Below are positions 62,270-64,000 of a stretch of DNA of 64,000 nucleotides, piece by piece; position 1 is the first letter of the stretch, and every line of letters begins with the position of its first letter. The notes beneath the pieces are model-generated. The model was given only the letters and a program-made list of their open reading frames with translations, had not been told where the DNA came from and ran no database searches. Position numbers and translations under genes: made by a program. The stretch lies in contig NW_027590205.1 in NCBI RefSeq assembly GCF_964213995.1, positions 620,001 through 684,000 of the forward strand, in the 5' to 3' direction. The stretch comes from Mustelus asterias (taxonomy: Eukaryota).

Positions 62270-63400
62270 TTAGCGAGTGTGAGTGAGAGAATGTGAGTGC
62301 GTGAGGGTGAGTGATTGAAGGAGTGAAAGTGGATGAGTGATGGTGTGTGAGTGATGGAAGGTGGGTAAGTGAGGGTGAGTGATTGAGTGTGAGTGAGTAA
62401 GTGTGGGTGAGGGTGAGAGAACGTGAGTAAATGAGGGTGTGTGAGAGAGGGTGGGTGAGTGAAGGTGGCTGAATGTGTGAGTGAAGGTGGGTGAGTGAGT
62501 GTCGGTAAGTGAGAATGAATGAATGAGGGTGAGCGAGTGAGGATGCATGAAGGTTAGTGAAGGTGGGTGAGTGAGAGCGAGTGAATGAGGGTGAGGAGTG
62601 AATGTGACTTTGTAAGTGAGGGTGAGAGAGTGAGTGAGTCAGGGTGTGTTATTGAGGGTGGTGTGAGAGTGTGTGAGGGAGAATAAATGCGGATGGGTGG
62701 ATGAGTGAGGGTGAGTGAGTGAAGGTGTTTGAGTGAGGATGAGTGATTGAGGATCTGTGAGTTAGGGTGGGTGACCTTGAGTGATGGTGAATATGTGAGG
62801 GTGTGTGAGTGAATGTAGGTGCGCGAGTCTCAGTGAGTTTGAATGGGTCAGGTGGCGTATGTGAGAGAGAGAGGGTGATTGAGCTTGAGTGTGTGGGGGT
62901 GCGTCTGGGTGAGTGAGGGTCGGTAAGTGGGGAGAGTGAGTGAGTGTGAGTGAGAGAGATTGAGACTGGATAAGTGAGGGAGGGTAAATGCGGTGAGTGA
63001 GTGAGAGTGATTGAGACTGGATGAGTGAAGGTGCGTAAGTGGGGTGAGTGAGGGTGAGTGAGAGTGAGTGAGACTGGATAAGTGAGGGTGGGTAAGTAGG
63101 GTGAGTGAGTGAGAGTGAGTGAGACTGGGTGAGTGAGGGTGGGTTAGTGGGATGAGTGAATGAAGGTGACTATGAGTGTTGGTGAGTGACTGAGGCTCTG
63201 AGTGAGTGACTGAGGGTTAGTGAGTGAGGTTGAGTGAGTGATAGCGCGTGATTGTGGGTGGCTGAGTGACAGTGAGTGAATGGGGATGAGTGAGTGAGGA
63301 TGTGTGAGGGTGAGAGAGTGTGAGTGAGTGCTGGTGAGTGAATGAGGGTGTGAGTGTGAGTGAATGAGGGTGAGTGAGTGAATGCGAGTGAGTAAGTGGG
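62270..63400 (+). repeat. (GAGT/GGGT)-rich low-complexity tract, ~1.1 kb
   Basis: TGAG, GAGGGT and GTGA motifs throughout. Confidence 0.9.
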
Positions 63401-63414
63401 GGGGCGGGGGGATG

Positions 63415-63720
63415 GTGGCACGGTGGCACAGTGATTAGCGCTGCTGCCTCAGAGTTGGATTCCCGACTTGTGTCACTGTCTGTGTGGAGTTTGCAAGTTC
63501 CCCCCATGTCTATTTGGGTTTCATTCGGGTGCTCCTGTTTCCTTCCACAGTCCAAAGATGTGCGGGTTCGGTGGATTAGCCGTGCTAAATTGCCCCTTAG
63601 TGTCAGGGTGACTAGTTAGGGTAAATACATGTGGTTATGGGGATCGGGATTGCTGTTGGTGCAGACTCGATGGGCTGAATGGCCTCCTTCTGCACTGTCG
63701 GATCCTATGATTCTATTCTA
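63415..63720 (+). mobile_element. HE1-type SINE
   Basis: Head, body and tail; followed by a TG-rich tract to the window end. Confidence 0.88.
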
Positions 63721-64000
63721 TAATGTCAAGGACAGACACTCTGACGTATGTGAGATGGAAAGTGTGTGAGAGGGTGTTTGGGTGTGTGTGTGAGAGAGAG
63801 AGAGAGAGTGAATGTGTGGGAGGGTGCCTGTGTGTGATAGACTACGTTTGCACGTGTGTAAGACAGTGGGCTGTGCGTGCAAGAGGGGAGAGTGTGTGTG
63901 CGAGAAAGTGTGTGTGAGATAATGTGTGTGTGTGAGAGAGCATGTGTTTGAAGAGTTATTCTTTGTGTGTGATAGTGTGTCTCACCTTGAAAGTGTGTGT

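Noticed and set aside
62270-63400. Interstitial telomere
   Set aside because: Only an isolated TTAGGG; the dominant motif is TGAG/GGGT.
61409-63555. Pro/Leu-, Gly/Glu- and His/Thr-rich ORFs
   Set aside because: Low-complexity repeats lacking stop codons; no domain signal.
59577-64000. V, D or J segments and RSS
   Set aside because: No WGxG J motif or heptamer-spacer-nonamer found; the CACAGTG here is a SINE head.

Overview
Vertebrate genomic DNA, almost certainly from a cartilaginous fish (shark): it carries HE1-type SINEs, CR1/HER1-type LINEs and a shark-type IgM constant region. The left ~47.7 kb is a birth-and-death cluster of C2H2 zinc-finger genes, each with a single coding exon: four intact (12, 12, 10 and 7 fingers), one start-less, two frameshifted, plus several remnants. 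They sit around CpG-rich NRF1/YY1- or CCAAT-type promoters, two of them head-to-head. No KRAB, SCAN or BTB domain is visible. The ancestral N-terminal leader and first fingers have decayed into 5' UTR, and several genes start at an ATG created in a TGEKP linker. The right ~12 kb (minus strand) holds the complete constant part of an IgM heavy-chain cluster: Cmu1-Cmu4 plus secretory tail, TM1 and TM2, all splice phases intact. V-D-J lies beyond the window. The introns and 3' flank contain a CTCF-like motif, a long CA-rich tract, a G-rich switch-like repeat and a sense-strand minimal hammerhead ribozyme. The hammerhead belongs to a Penelope-like retroelement family found in 7 copies here, 5 with 11-14 bp TSDs. 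Young CR1 LINEs, including a nested pair inserted at a zinc-finger stop codon, fill the rest. All coordinates were read by eye; repeat boundaries are approximate.
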